DNA from: Candidatus Binatia bacterium
GTDB lineage: Bacteria; Desulfobacterota; Binatia; HRBIN30
Reading direction: 5' to 3'
Assembly (NCBI GenBank): GCA_038245295.1
Contig: JBBRSP010000006.1
Coordinates: forward strand, 160,001 to 224,000
Length of the DNA stretch: 64,000 nucleotides
Both the position numbers and the translations under genes were made by a program. Below the pieces are notes generated by a model, which made no database searches, had not been told where the DNA came from, and saw only the letters and a program-made list of their open reading frames with translations. Below are positions 40,346-49,849 of the stretch, piece after piece (position 1 is the stretch's first letter; each line of letters starts with the position of its first letter).

Positions 40346-40968
40346 TGGAAGTGATCCACGTGCTGCCTTCGGTTCGGGATCAGGGTGAGAGGGGAACTTG
40401 CCTCAGTATCGCAATGACCGACGGACATCACGCGTCGCGCGCTGAGCCGCCCCCGCTGGCTGTCGACTTCCTGCATTTCAATGCGTCAACCCTCGCCGGG
40501 GTTGGTATCAATGATGCGGTCCCTGTGACCGCCGCGATGCTGGCACTCGAGGACGATGGCCAACCGATGGAGTCGGAGTGTCCATACTCCCCTATTGCGC
40601 TCCCAAGTACGTGGCTACCGCCGAAGACAATTGGCAAAATCTGGCGCCAGAAGACGGCCGTGCAATACAAGCATCCATGGGCGGTTATTGCAGCGCACGT
40701 CGGCATCGGCCAAGCGGCCGTCCTCGCGTTGAAAATCGACGACGCCTTTTGGAGCCCGGTGAATGGAGTCATTGATACCCCGATTGGTCCACCTCGGGCA
40801 TTGCACGCCGTCCTCGCTGTAACCGCGGCCACTACTCCTCCGACTCGTGTTCTTGTGCGCAATAGCTGGGGTCCGAATTGGGGCGTCGGCGGTTACTCGT
40901 GGCTTTCCTCAGCATACGTGGCGGCATACTGTTTAGCGGTGATCACATTCCAAGGAGCGATTGAATGA
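40345..40968 (+). CDS. Papain-like (C1) cysteine peptidase, no signal peptide
   Basis: VRDQGERGTC, HAV, VRNSWGPNWG..GY; TAATG coupling. Confidence 0.9.
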   Translation: MEVIHVLPSVRDQGERGTCLSIAMTDGHHASRAEPPPLAVDFLHFNASTLAGVGINDAVPVTAAMLALEDDGQPMESECPYSPIALPSTWLPPKTIGKIWRQKTAVQYKHPWAVIAAHVGIGQAAVLALKIDDAFWSPVNGVIDTPIGPPRALHAVLAVTAATTPPTRVLVRNSWGPNWGVGGYSWLSSAYVAAYCLAVITFQGAIE

Positions 40969-41765
40969 CACCAATAGTTCAGACGACCTGCGAACTCGCT
41001 TGGCTTGAGGCAGCCGAACACCTTGCGCAGGTCAGCGACAATAGTGAGTACAACCTTGTCGTCGAAATCGCGAAGCCGACGTGGCATACGGCTGCAGACC
41101 TGCGCGTGCGCGCGACGGTCGACCAGTTTCTTCGTCGCCACAACACCCACCCGATCTCTACCGTGGCGGGCACTATATTTCCGGCGGCCGAGTACGTAAA
41201 TCACGGCGTTCGTGGAGTGTATGAATTCTACCCCGAGCAGGTATATCCCGCGATCAAGGAATCCACGGAATGGGGCCGATATGCGTACCGCCTGGTCCGC
41301 TGGGAGACTGCCTCGGGTAGAGTCATTAACCCTCTCGAGATCCTCATTGGGAAGATGAAGCAGCAACTCACGAATGGCAGACGCATGAGGGCGTGCTATG
41401 AGCTGTCCCTCGCGGATTCGGCGATTGACCTTCCGCTCTATGATCCGACTATTGATGCTCATCAAGCTCGTGGTGGTCCTTGCCTCTCCCATGTGAGTTT
41501 GAAGCTCGGCGCAGCGGACACCCTCTACCTCACGGCGTTGTACCGCTCGCACTCGTACGTCGCGCGAGCGCTTGGGAATTTTCTTGGACTTGCAGATCTT
41601 CAAGCGTTCATCTGTGAACAGACGGGACTCTCCCCAGGACCGCTGATGAGCGTCTCGAGTTACTCCCGGCTTGAGACCGACGGCGGATGGTCGCGGGGGG
41701 AGGCGCTCCATCTCGTGAGGGATGCGCGCTCAGCATTCAACGGGGCAGTTCATGCGGCTGCGTGA
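40965..41765 (+). CDS. Thymidylate-synthase-fold enzyme (divergent)
   Basis: PCLSHVSLK, LYLTALYRSH, ALGNFLGL, PGPLMSVS. Confidence 0.75.
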   Translation: MTPIVQTTCELAWLEAAEHLAQVSDNSEYNLVVEIAKPTWHTAADLRVRATVDQFLRRHNTHPISTVAGTIFPAAEYVNHGVRGVYEFYPEQVYPAIKESTEWGRYAYRLVRWETASGRVINPLEILIGKMKQQLTNGRRMRACYELSLADSAIDLPLYDPTIDAHQARGGPCLSHVSLKLGAADTLYLTALYRSHSYVARALGNFLGLADLQAFICEQTGLSPGPLMSVSSYSRLETDGGWSRGEALHLVRDARSAFNGAVHAAA

Positions 41766-42792
41766 ATACCAAGCGGCAGCCAAGAGCACCGATCAGTTCC
41801 CGAAAACGAAAGCGATCAAGGGGGCGAACAGCTCGCTTCAAAAGGCCGAACTGGTGCCACTCCTCGGCTTGACTGGCGAGATCGGTGCGTTGCTTTCCGA
41901 GTACAAGAAACTGCTTCGAGATGGTCCCATTCATCTGCGGTTTTCTGATCGTCTCAAAGAGGAACTCGGCGACATCCTTTGGTATGTGGCGACTGTAGCG
42001 ACAAAGTTCGATCTGCCCCTGGAGGAGATCGCTCGTCTGAACCTAAAGAAAGTGGCCGACCGATGGTCAAAGCCTCGACGCCGTGAGCCGTTGGACACAT
42101 CCTACCCGCCCAACGAACGGCTGCCGCGAAGGTTTACGTACCGGTTCACCTACGAACATCGGAAGGACCTAACGCGGGGCGTTGCTGTCGTCGATCACGA
42201 CGGCACGCGCATCGGCGACCTGCTTACGGACAACGCTCACGAGAACGATGGCTATCGATTTCACGACGTCATGCATTTCGCGTTCGTGGCGTTGCTTGGT
42301 TGGTCGCCTGTCGTACGCAAGCTTTTGCAGAGAAAACGCAAGAGCATCCGGAGCTCGGACGAAGTTGAGGACGGGGGGCGGGCAGGAGTCGTAGACGAAG
42401 CGATTGTGGCGATGGTGTTCGACTATATTCAGCATGACCTCGCTTCAACAACCGGAATGACCCGTATCGACTCCGATACTCTCCGCAGCATTCGCGCCCT
42501 TACCCGAGGGTTTGAAGTCAACGTGCGAACCGAAGCGGAGTGGGAAGAGGCGATCCTGAAGGGCATCGAGGTATGGCGGCAGATCGAGGCTCACGATGGC
42601 GGAACAGTGGTCGGAGACTTTACGCGTCGCTCCTTCACGTTCAGTCCGAAGGGTGGACGAAGTCGAAGGAGATCTGCTCACGTCGCGAACCCCGTGCCGC
42701 GCCGTCGTAGGGCAAAGGAGCCCCGTTCAACTTCCACTTCGGTGGGTAGAACTGGGGTAGCGGATCGAGACTCGGCGAGAAGTTCTGTTTGA
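41752..42792 (+). CDS. MazG-like nucleotide pyrophosphohydrolase with second MazG-like domain
   Basis: LGLTGEIG..EYKK..RDG, EELGDILWY, NLKK; IGD.LTDN...DGYRFHDVMH, DEVEDGGRA. Confidence 0.88.
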   Translation: MRLREYQAAAKSTDQFPKTKAIKGANSSLQKAELVPLLGLTGEIGALLSEYKKLLRDGPIHLRFSDRLKEELGDILWYVATVATKFDLPLEEIARLNLKKVADRWSKPRRREPLDTSYPPNERLPRRFTYRFTYEHRKDLTRGVAVVDHDGTRIGDLLTDNAHENDGYRFHDVMHFAFVALLGWSPVVRKLLQRKRKSIRSSDEVEDGGRAGVVDEAIVAMVFDYIQHDLASTTGMTRIDSDTLRSIRALTRGFEVNVRTEAEWEEAILKGIEVWRQIEAHDGGTVVGDFTRRSFTFSPKGGRSRRRSAHVANPVPRRRRAKEPRSTSTSVGRTGVADRDSARSSV

Positions 42793-43696
42793 TGCGTGTT
42801 CGGCCCGAAATGCCGACGCATTCGGGATGCGCCACACGGGCATATTTGCTCACCTCGCAAAAGAGATTCTGGTGATCAATTAGTTGTAAGGGGCGAATAC
42901 CCCCCAGCTTGTCAAACTGGAGGCCCAGCCGATCAAATTCGACTTCGGCGATCGAAGCGACGTAGCCGATTATTTCGCTCTCGGCCATTCCGGAAGTGTT
43001 GCTGAAGCACTTCACAATTCCGTCGAGCGCACCAGGTCCTGGAACTACGAAATCCATTTCGGAAAAATCGGTTAGTTCGCTGTAGTTGACGTCAATCGCA
43101 TACTGGAACGCGAGAAATGCACCCAGCGATGGGTAGCTGCGGAGGATTGCAAAAACCTCCTCAAGAGACTTAGCCCTACCGACTCGACTTGGAGTACCGT
43201 CGCGCATCATTCGTTCAAGAAGCTGAAGATGATTGCGATGTTTCCGAGGACTGCCGAACGGAGGCGACGGCATGATGTACGCAGCAGAGTAAAGACGCTG
43301 ACCCCGCGCATAGGCGGCGTCTAGGATCCGACCATATCTCTCCTCGTCGAAGCCGTACCACGCCGGAAGTTCTCCGAGTTGGTTGATCAGGAGCTCCCAA
43401 GTCCCGATGCGGTTAAAGAATTTGAAAAGAAGAATTCGAAAGAAGACGTCATCCGCATGCTGAGACCCTTCGTAGATCACATGCCGAATCAGATACTGAC
43501 TTACCCGATCCGATGCGCGGTAGGCATTTGTGAACCGGTGCGAAGCAATGATCGGATCGCTGCTCCACGGCAGCGACGCACCCTCAACGCGACGCATGAA
43601 GACTGCTTGTCGCTCGGCCGCAAAGCGCCAATAGGTATCAAAGACAGGCGTAGCTTCGACCGCCCGCCTGTAGGTTGCCTGAAGCAATCGTCCCAA
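42641..43696 (-). CDS. aGPT-Pplase1 / 5-hmdU DNA kinase family protein
   Basis: YWRFAAERQ, WSSDPI...RFTNAYRASDRVSQYLI, YSAAYIM, FLAFQYAID.NYS, GPGALDG, QNLFCEVSKY. TTG start after GGAGGAGG. Confidence 0.85.
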   Translation of the reverse strand: MGRLLQATYRRAVEATPVFDTYWRFAAERQAVFMRRVEGASLPWSSDPIIASHRFTNAYRASDRVSQYLIRHVIYEGSQHADDVFFRILLFKFFNRIGTWELLINQLGELPAWYGFDEERYGRILDAAYARGQRLYSAAYIMPSPPFGSPRKHRNHLQLLERMMRDGTPSRVGRAKSLEEVFAILRSYPSLGAFLAFQYAIDVNYSELTDFSEMDFVVPGPGALDGIVKCFSNTSGMAESEIIGYVASIAEVEFDRLGLQFDKLGGIRPLQLIDHQNLFCEVSKYARVAHPECVGISGRTRIKQNFSPSLDPLPQFYPPKWKLNGAPLPYDGAARGSRREQISFDFVHPSD

Positions 43697-43859
43697 CCGA
43701 ACACCCTCCTCCGTCCCCGACGAGCGAAGCAAGGATATCCGCAGATGGCTTGGAGGTCCACCGCAAGACGTGGTGTTTTTGAGCTTCGCAGCAAAAGGTG
43801 CGAAGCGATCTGACGCGACGAAAGAACGAACCCGATCGGAGGGTCCGTTTTGTTTCGCG

Positions 43860-44385
43860 TCATTGCGCCTGGAATTTGACGAGGTCCGTTGCGCTTGTGC
43901 GTCGTTGCCGAGACACATGGCAGCCTTCAGCGCTTTCCAGAATTGACCCGGGCCTGCTCGTCAAAAGTGACCCACCAAAATATCGCGACCAACCCTTCCA
44001 GAGACCATCGAACGCCGCCTTGATGTTCGATACCGCAGTGCTCGGACGCGTCAAGCGCCCGTCGATCAGCGTGCCATATTGCAGCGTAGTTTCGGGCGCT
44101 TGACCCATCCTGCGCGCCGCGGCCTGAGTCTTTAGGCGGCTTGGCTCGTAGTGTTCGGATTTCGGCAAAAATGAAGCGAACGATTGGCGCGCGCCAATTG
44201 TTCGCAGGTGGGTCAATTCTGACGAGCGAAGGTGGGTCAATTCCGGCGAGCGCTGAAGTACAGTAGCTGCACCAGCGGCCGAGTCGGCGATAAAGCTGCG
44301 TGGCTCGATTTCGTGAACGACGAGGCATCCTACGCGATGTATTTCTTTGAGATCGCCGGGTTCGCGACGACTCGCCTGCCCACTC
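43860..44385 (-). pseudogene. Degenerate copy of the 3' end of the PD-(D/E)XK gene at 49850-50656, split by a MITE
   Basis: CAGTAGCTGCACCAGCGGCCG occurs at 44261 and 49923 (YRR.GRWCSYC), with further similarity on both sides of the MITE. Confidence 0.7.
43925..44258. mobile_element. Non-autonomous IS21-like element
   Basis: About 50-bp imperfect terminal inverted repeats, CTTCAGCGCT..AATTGACCC..GCTCGTCA.AA.TGACCCACC, each with two internal TGACCC sites; no transposase. Confidence 0.72.
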
Positions 44386-44725
44386 AGTCAGAAAGATCGC
44401 ATCGGAGGCGACATTCGACTGATTGAGAAGGTCATTGAAATGCGCGAGCGGTATCCCGATCCCGTTGCCGCCGTCCCCTCCACCCGCACTTGCTAATCGA
44501 CAAGACCTTCGAAGGTGTCGGTAAACTGAAGAAGGAACAGCGCGAACTTTGTTGTCACCACAGGCAAGGAAGCGATGGGAAAATGCATCGGCGAGACCGG
44601 CATGCGCGAGCTGCGCAAGAGGGGCTTCATCAAGTAACGAAAAGTAGCGAGCTTCGGCTGCCCCAGAATGCGGCCCGCGGCACGAAGTGCCCTGTCACCA
44701 TCCCTCTATACCTCGACACCGATGC

Positions 44726-47065
44726 CTATCGTCGAAGGAGTCGGTCGAGCCACGAGCGCCGATGTGGCGTAGCTTCGGACGGTTGTGACAACTCACCCCG
44801 GATTTGCCCCGGGCTTGGAGGGCTAGCACTCTTCGATACGACGACGCCGGGAGACCGATACGCCTCTGCTGGTGGAATCGGTTCCCCGCTTGCCCGGGCG
44901 ATGGCCTGACCGTAGATCGACCAAGCCGTTTCGACATCTTTCGACAGCGGTTCCGCAATCCTCCCGAAGCCCGAACGGCCAAATTGATCAACAGTTGGCG
45001 CCTGACCAAGTGCTTCCGACAGCTGAAGGTACCACAATGACTCTTCGGCCAAGCGCTTGAGCTGATGGTTACGCTGTTGTGCTTCGACCTGCACCTTGGC
45101 TTCTTCGGGGTTTGCCACTAGGCTCCTTCGCTCGAACGGTTGTCCACCAAGCGCACAGAAAACCGACCACGTGAATCCGACGCGATCCGCCGGCATGATG
45201 GTCTCGCGTGTCGGCATTCGCGGGGCCTTCTCTCGGATGGTTGCATACAGCCCGCTGACGTCACCACCGAACCAATGGTTCGTGGCTCCCGCGCCGAATT
45301 TCATGAACTGCTTGAGAGTCGGAGGCTTTCCTCGATCCGCGAGCATACGATGGAATCGCTCTGCGGCACCTCGGATCTCCGTCTCCCAGCGGGCATGCAG
45401 GTAGCTATCAAGATACCCCTCGGCCCATGCGCGACGATGCTTGGTGATGATGTCGCGCAGGAACTCGAATCCTTCCCGCCGTGTACCACTGGAGGTCTGT
45501 ATGCGTATTGAGACACCGGGGAATACCTCTGTTTTCGAGGATCGGTCGACGATCTCTTGTGGAGGCCCGAGCTTCGTCTCACCCAGACGGAGTTCTTCAA
45601 AAAGGTCCCTCGGTATTGGGCACTGAAGCTCCTGGAGGATGTCGACGTCCGCCGCATGGTACTGCGACAGACCTGCCATGTCGGTGCGCGAGGATGGACC
45701 CTCGCAAAGAAACCATGCTGTGAGAGCGCAGCCGTGCCAGACCCTGAGCGCGGCTCCAAAGGTCTGCGCCATGGCGGTATGCGGAAACGGCTCACTTACG
45801 ACCCGATCTGGAAAGCGTTCTAAAACGGTCGTACCCCAGAGACGATCAATCTCCACGATAAGGTCTGCGGATAGGAAATCGCGGTAAAGGCCAGGCGTGT
45901 AGGGAGAACGCCACACGTCGTCAAACGTGATGAAGCCGCCCTCGTCGACAAGGCCCCAGAGTGACGGTTTCCCGGGGAGCTGCCGAGCATGCACCTCGTC
46001 GAACGCACTCCAGTACTTCCGCAGCGCAGCAACGCGTCGCTCAACCGGCGAAGACGTCCCAGTCTCCGCCCAGTAGGTGGAGAGGATATCTCGCACAGCG
46101 TCGGGAGAAACTCCCTGAGCCGCCGCGATTTCTTTCACCTGCCTCTTCGCCCTGACAAAGGGGCGAACTTTGGGGAGTGCCGTAATGATCTGCTCGTCCG
46201 GATGCGGTGGCTCGCCAATATATTCGAGAAACGCCAACCAGCTCCCACCGAAGAACGCTGAAAGTAGGCGCTGGTACGGTTTGGTCAAAACCTGTTTCTT
46301 TTTTGGGGCGCCGTTGCGGGCGCTTTCGTAGTAACGCTGGACGAGTGTGACAAGAGCGGACGCTCGATAATGCTTGGCCTTGTCCACGCCAACCTGGTTT
46401 CCGAGCGCGCTCAAGAGCGCCCGCTTCACGTCCAGCTGCTCGGCAATCGCCATCGTGCTCCAATCGCGACCAGATCGCATCGGGCTGAGTTGATCCCCGA
46501 CCTGGAAACCCATCGCACTCAGGTTCTCCGTCGCAGATGCCCACGCTCGTTGCGCGTCCTCCCGACTCATCGTGCCGGAACGATGTCCACGAAGAGCGAA
46601 CACTTCGAACAAGCGCTCGAACAAGGGTTCGAGCATTGCCCAGGAGAACACGGCGTCTGATGCAGTCTTGAAGATCACGCTCGCTTTCTCGGCGATTGTG
46701 GCTCCCCAGGCGAAGCGATCCTGCTGTCGGAAGTGAGCAGGAAAGTTCGCCATGCCGATTGAGACGCTTGCCCTCTCCGGGAAGTACCAGGCACCTTGAG
46801 AGTTCTGACCTTCAAGGCTGAAGACGCTATCCAGAAACTTCCGCTGCCGAGTGTCGAGGCCCGCGACACTCACGTCGTCGTTCCCGCGCGGACCGCCACG
46901 ATGCGTAATGACCGTCTCACCATGAAGTCCTCGCGCCAGCACGGTAGCAACAACCTCATCGATTTCTTCGAATACGATGCCAGCACGGTGCTCGACCTCG
47001 AGCGCCAATAGCTGCGATGGCTGAGCAAGAATCATTCGCCCAAAGGTGTCCAAGCGATCACTCAT
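44726..47065 (-). CDS. Hypothetical protein, 779 aa
   Basis: Long ORF, ATGA-coupled to the helicase. Confidence 0.8.
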   Translation of the reverse strand: MSDRLDTFGRMILAQPSQLLALEVEHRAGIVFEEIDEVVATVLARGLHGETVITHRGGPRGNDDVSVAGLDTRQRKFLDSVFSLEGQNSQGAWYFPERASVSIGMANFPAHFRQQDRFAWGATIAEKASVIFKTASDAVFSWAMLEPLFERLFEVFALRGHRSGTMSREDAQRAWASATENLSAMGFQVGDQLSPMRSGRDWSTMAIAEQLDVKRALLSALGNQVGVDKAKHYRASALVTLVQRYYESARNGAPKKKQVLTKPYQRLLSAFFGGSWLAFLEYIGEPPHPDEQIITALPKVRPFVRAKRQVKEIAAAQGVSPDAVRDILSTYWAETGTSSPVERRVAALRKYWSAFDEVHARQLPGKPSLWGLVDEGGFITFDDVWRSPYTPGLYRDFLSADLIVEIDRLWGTTVLERFPDRVVSEPFPHTAMAQTFGAALRVWHGCALTAWFLCEGPSSRTDMAGLSQYHAADVDILQELQCPIPRDLFEELRLGETKLGPPQEIVDRSSKTEVFPGVSIRIQTSSGTRREGFEFLRDIITKHRRAWAEGYLDSYLHARWETEIRGAAERFHRMLADRGKPPTLKQFMKFGAGATNHWFGGDVSGLYATIREKAPRMPTRETIMPADRVGFTWSVFCALGGQPFERRSLVANPEEAKVQVEAQQRNHQLKRLAEESLWYLQLSEALGQAPTVDQFGRSGFGRIAEPLSKDVETAWSIYGQAIARASGEPIPPAEAYRSPGVVVSKSASPPSPGQIRGELSQPSEATPHRRSWLDRLLRR

Positions 47066-49140
47066 GAATCGAGTTCTTTGATGATCTCTAAGTATTGCTC
47101 GAACGTGACCGGCTCGGGCGAGTTTTGCGCATAGACTGCGTAACGCTGCGCAAGGGCTTCGCGTTCACGTTCTTGCCGGCGCTGCTCCACGCGTCGCTCG
47201 TCATGCACCAGTCGCTCTTCAACGGCCCCACGCTGGAAGACCACAAACGTTTCTGGGCGCCCCGCTGCGTCCTGCCCACGCGTACCCGGCAGGTCCTCCG
47301 TGGCGGACACACGACTCCATTCGGGCGGAATTTCATGGCTCGTGAGTGGGTCCATGTCGTTCTCTCGGTAGATTGTATCGATATGCTCGTCGAGACCCAG
47401 TTCCGCATGGTAGATGACGTCGAGAAACTGCTGATGTCCATCGGTCCGACCCACAAGCGCAGGATGCGTCAGCACTCGTATTCCGCGGCCGACAAACTGA
47501 TAGAATTCGCTGAAGCTGTTGTACGGCCGCATCGGGACGATGACGGTAACAGGGGGAAAGTCATATCCCTGCCCCAGCATGCGTAGCTGGACGATCCCTT
47601 GCAGGTCGCCGGACTCTTGCTCAAAACGATCCCGGATCGCTGTGATTCGAGCATCCGTCATCGAGTGGTGCAGATGGGCGCACGGTATCCCGTGCTCTTC
47701 GGCGATCCGAGCGATTTGTTCGGCGTGGCGTTCTCCCAGGGCAGAGAAAAGAACGCGAGGCTTGATGGGATAGAGGGCCGATGTCTGTGCGTCCAGCGCC
47801 CCTCGGACGGCGCGCATTACTTGGCGGATTGGCTCGGTCGATTTCGCTGTGATGCGCGCAAGCTTCCGCTCGTCCTGGATGAGTTCGAGAATCGCATCCC
47901 TACCCGCAATCTCCTCGCGTGCTCCGTCGGGCCATACTAACTCGTAGGTTGTCTGGGTCGGGTCCGGCGCGAATCGATACACCCGAAGATTCTTGGCGTT
48001 TCCATCGGCGATCGCGTCGATGAGCCGGTAGCGATACACAACATCGGCATCGATGGACTTCCCGTCTAGCCGCTGAAAACACGCGGACATGAGAAGTGTG
48101 CGTGCGCCGGCAAAATGACGAAACGTCCTCTGGTACGATTCGGCCGCTGCGATGTGCGCTTCGTCAATGACGATGAAATCGATGTCGTCCGGTCGCAACT
48201 TCATCAAGAGGTCGTCCGCGTCTCCGCCGGTTCCAAGAGAGTGGAAGTTCGTCACGACTACGTCGGCACCGAGAAGCTGCTCGCGCGTGACATCGCGGAT
48301 CGCCGCTTCATCTCGATCGAGAACCCGTACCTTTGGGGGGGGAGTGCCCGGAATCAGTGGGCCACCCGGGAGCCCATATAGGACGTTGCCAACGGCGCTG
48401 TGATCGAACGCTTTGGCGAACGTGCCGCGGATGACACTGCCGGGCGTTACGACCAGCGCGCGCTTCCGAGTGAAGGCCAATGATGCCACAACGGCCAAGG
48501 CGGTCTTGCCGGATCCAACCGACATTACGCAGGCTGCTCTGGTCCCACCGGAGCGCAGATAGTTTGCCAGCGCAACTACCGCCTCCCTCTGACAGCTGCG
48601 GAGGGTGCGCTGATTGAGCTTGTCGCGTACCTGGTCGAAGTAGGTCATGGGTGCGCCGTTTCTCGATAGTTCCCCATCCCACCCGAAGGGACGCAGCGCC
48701 TTGAGCCGATCTGGATCCATCTCGGGCGTCTCCACGACCGGATCGCGAAGCAACAAGACTTGGAGTGCGGGATCTGTAGCGAGAATCGTTTGGAGTTGGG
48801 AAACGCATCGACCCGTCTCTCGACGAATCGAGTCGTACGAAAATCTGACAACGACCCTCCCAGAACCCTGGAGGTCGTTCTGTCGCATGCGGTCGTAGCT
48901 AAAAGCTGAACGATGTCCATGAAACTCGAACCCGTCGAGCTCGATGATGAAGGTCTTCTCGTCGCCCTGGATTTCATAATCGACCCGATAGCACCGTGTG
49001 CCGATCTCCAGCTCTCGCTGCGGAACCACGCGGGCACGGATCTCCCGTCTAGCGGCAGGCGCGAGGACCCAACGCAGGAACGCGTACTCGAGGAATGAGC
49101 TTGCCGCGACGTCCTCATAAAGTTTCGCATCATCCGGCAT
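47062..49140 (-). CDS. DUF559/Vsr-like endonuclease fused to SF2 (Res-like) helicase
   Basis: IELDGFEFH...DRMRQNDL...VVRF; SVGSGKT, DEAH, MSA, MLGQGYDFP, QFVGRGIR. Confidence 0.85.
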   Translation of the reverse strand: MPDDAKLYEDVAASSFLEYAFLRWVLAPAARREIRARVVPQRELEIGTRCYRVDYEIQGDEKTFIIELDGFEFHGHRSAFSYDRMRQNDLQGSGRVVVRFSYDSIRRETGRCVSQLQTILATDPALQVLLLRDPVVETPEMDPDRLKALRPFGWDGELSRNGAPMTYFDQVRDKLNQRTLRSCQREAVVALANYLRSGGTRAACVMSVGSGKTALAVVASLAFTRKRALVVTPGSVIRGTFAKAFDHSAVGNVLYGLPGGPLIPGTPPPKVRVLDRDEAAIRDVTREQLLGADVVVTNFHSLGTGGDADDLLMKLRPDDIDFIVIDEAHIAAAESYQRTFRHFAGARTLLMSACFQRLDGKSIDADVVYRYRLIDAIADGNAKNLRVYRFAPDPTQTTYELVWPDGAREEIAGRDAILELIQDERKLARITAKSTEPIRQVMRAVRGALDAQTSALYPIKPRVLFSALGERHAEQIARIAEEHGIPCAHLHHSMTDARITAIRDRFEQESGDLQGIVQLRMLGQGYDFPPVTVIVPMRPYNSFSEFYQFVGRGIRVLTHPALVGRTDGHQQFLDVIYHAELGLDEHIDTIYRENDMDPLTSHEIPPEWSRVSATEDLPGTRGQDAAGRPETFVVFQRGAVEERLVHDERRVEQRRQEREREALAQRYAVYAQNSPEPVTFEQYLEIIKELDS

Positions 49141-49732
49141 CTTCGGACTCGATTTGGCGCAGCCGCTCCGTGATTTCCTCGCGTTCCTCGGATCCCTGAC
49201 CAAGCCGTTCTGCAGCTTCCGCAACCTTTAAAGCCTCGCGAAGATACCCTTCGTTCTGGTAAAGCCGAAGCAGATGGGAGAACGACAGAATCCCGAACTG
49301 GCGCACCACACCGTCGGCTTCGTAGGATACGGCCTCCGGAAGGGATTCGGCGAGGCTAATGTCGAGCCAGCAAAGGCGTTCGACTTCTACAAGAACTGAG
49401 GGTTCCTCTATCCTTCGCTTCCAGAGCTGATCGGCGACACCTTGGATCGCGAAGTGGTATTCACTCCCCGTTCCGGGCAGTTCGAGAACCTCGGACAGAT
49501 GTCGGAGTAGTCCGACGGTTGATGCTTCCGAAGAGGAGTGCTGCGAAGCTGGAGACGCTGATGTCTTCCCGTTGCCGGTGAGCAGTGGCCAGCTCAAAGA
49601 TTCCTCACGTTTGCCTTCCATATCGAAGACGTGACGCTCCGGAACGGCATTCTGCCCTGGAAGCCTCCCAGTACGTGTCCCTTGATAGGTCACACCGGGA
49701 ATGTCAGCGAAGCGTTTGAACCACTGAGGCAT
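49130..49732 (-). CDS. Hypothetical protein, helical C-terminus
   Basis: 200-aa ORF whose stop overlaps the helicase start. Confidence 0.7.
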   Translation of the reverse strand: MPQWFKRFADIPGVTYQGTRTGRLPGQNAVPERHVFDMEGKREESLSWPLLTGNGKTSASPASQHSSSEASTVGLLRHLSEVLELPGTGSEYHFAIQGVADQLWKRRIEEPSVLVEVERLCWLDISLAESLPEAVSYEADGVVRQFGILSFSHLLRLYQNEGYLREALKVAEAAERLGQGSEEREEITERLRQIESEDAG

Positions 49733-49796
49733 GGTAGGCCATTATTCACACGTGCTTGGAAGGCGGCAAGCGCACGCGACCTTTTCATTTCGAGAG

Positions 49797-49838
49797 AAAG
49801 AAAAGAAGAGCCCGATCGGAGTGATCCGTCGGGCTCGT
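49797..49838 (-). terminator. Intrinsic terminator
   Basis: GAGCCCGA(T)CGGA-gtga-TCCGTCGGGCTC hairpin followed by a U-rich tract on the minus strand. Confidence 0.65.
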
Positions 49839-49849
49839 TTGTGGTTGCG

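Noticed and set aside
40965..41765. Housekeeping thyA
   Set aside because: Too divergent (RSHS in place of RSxD, no H.Y motif) and in an island operon
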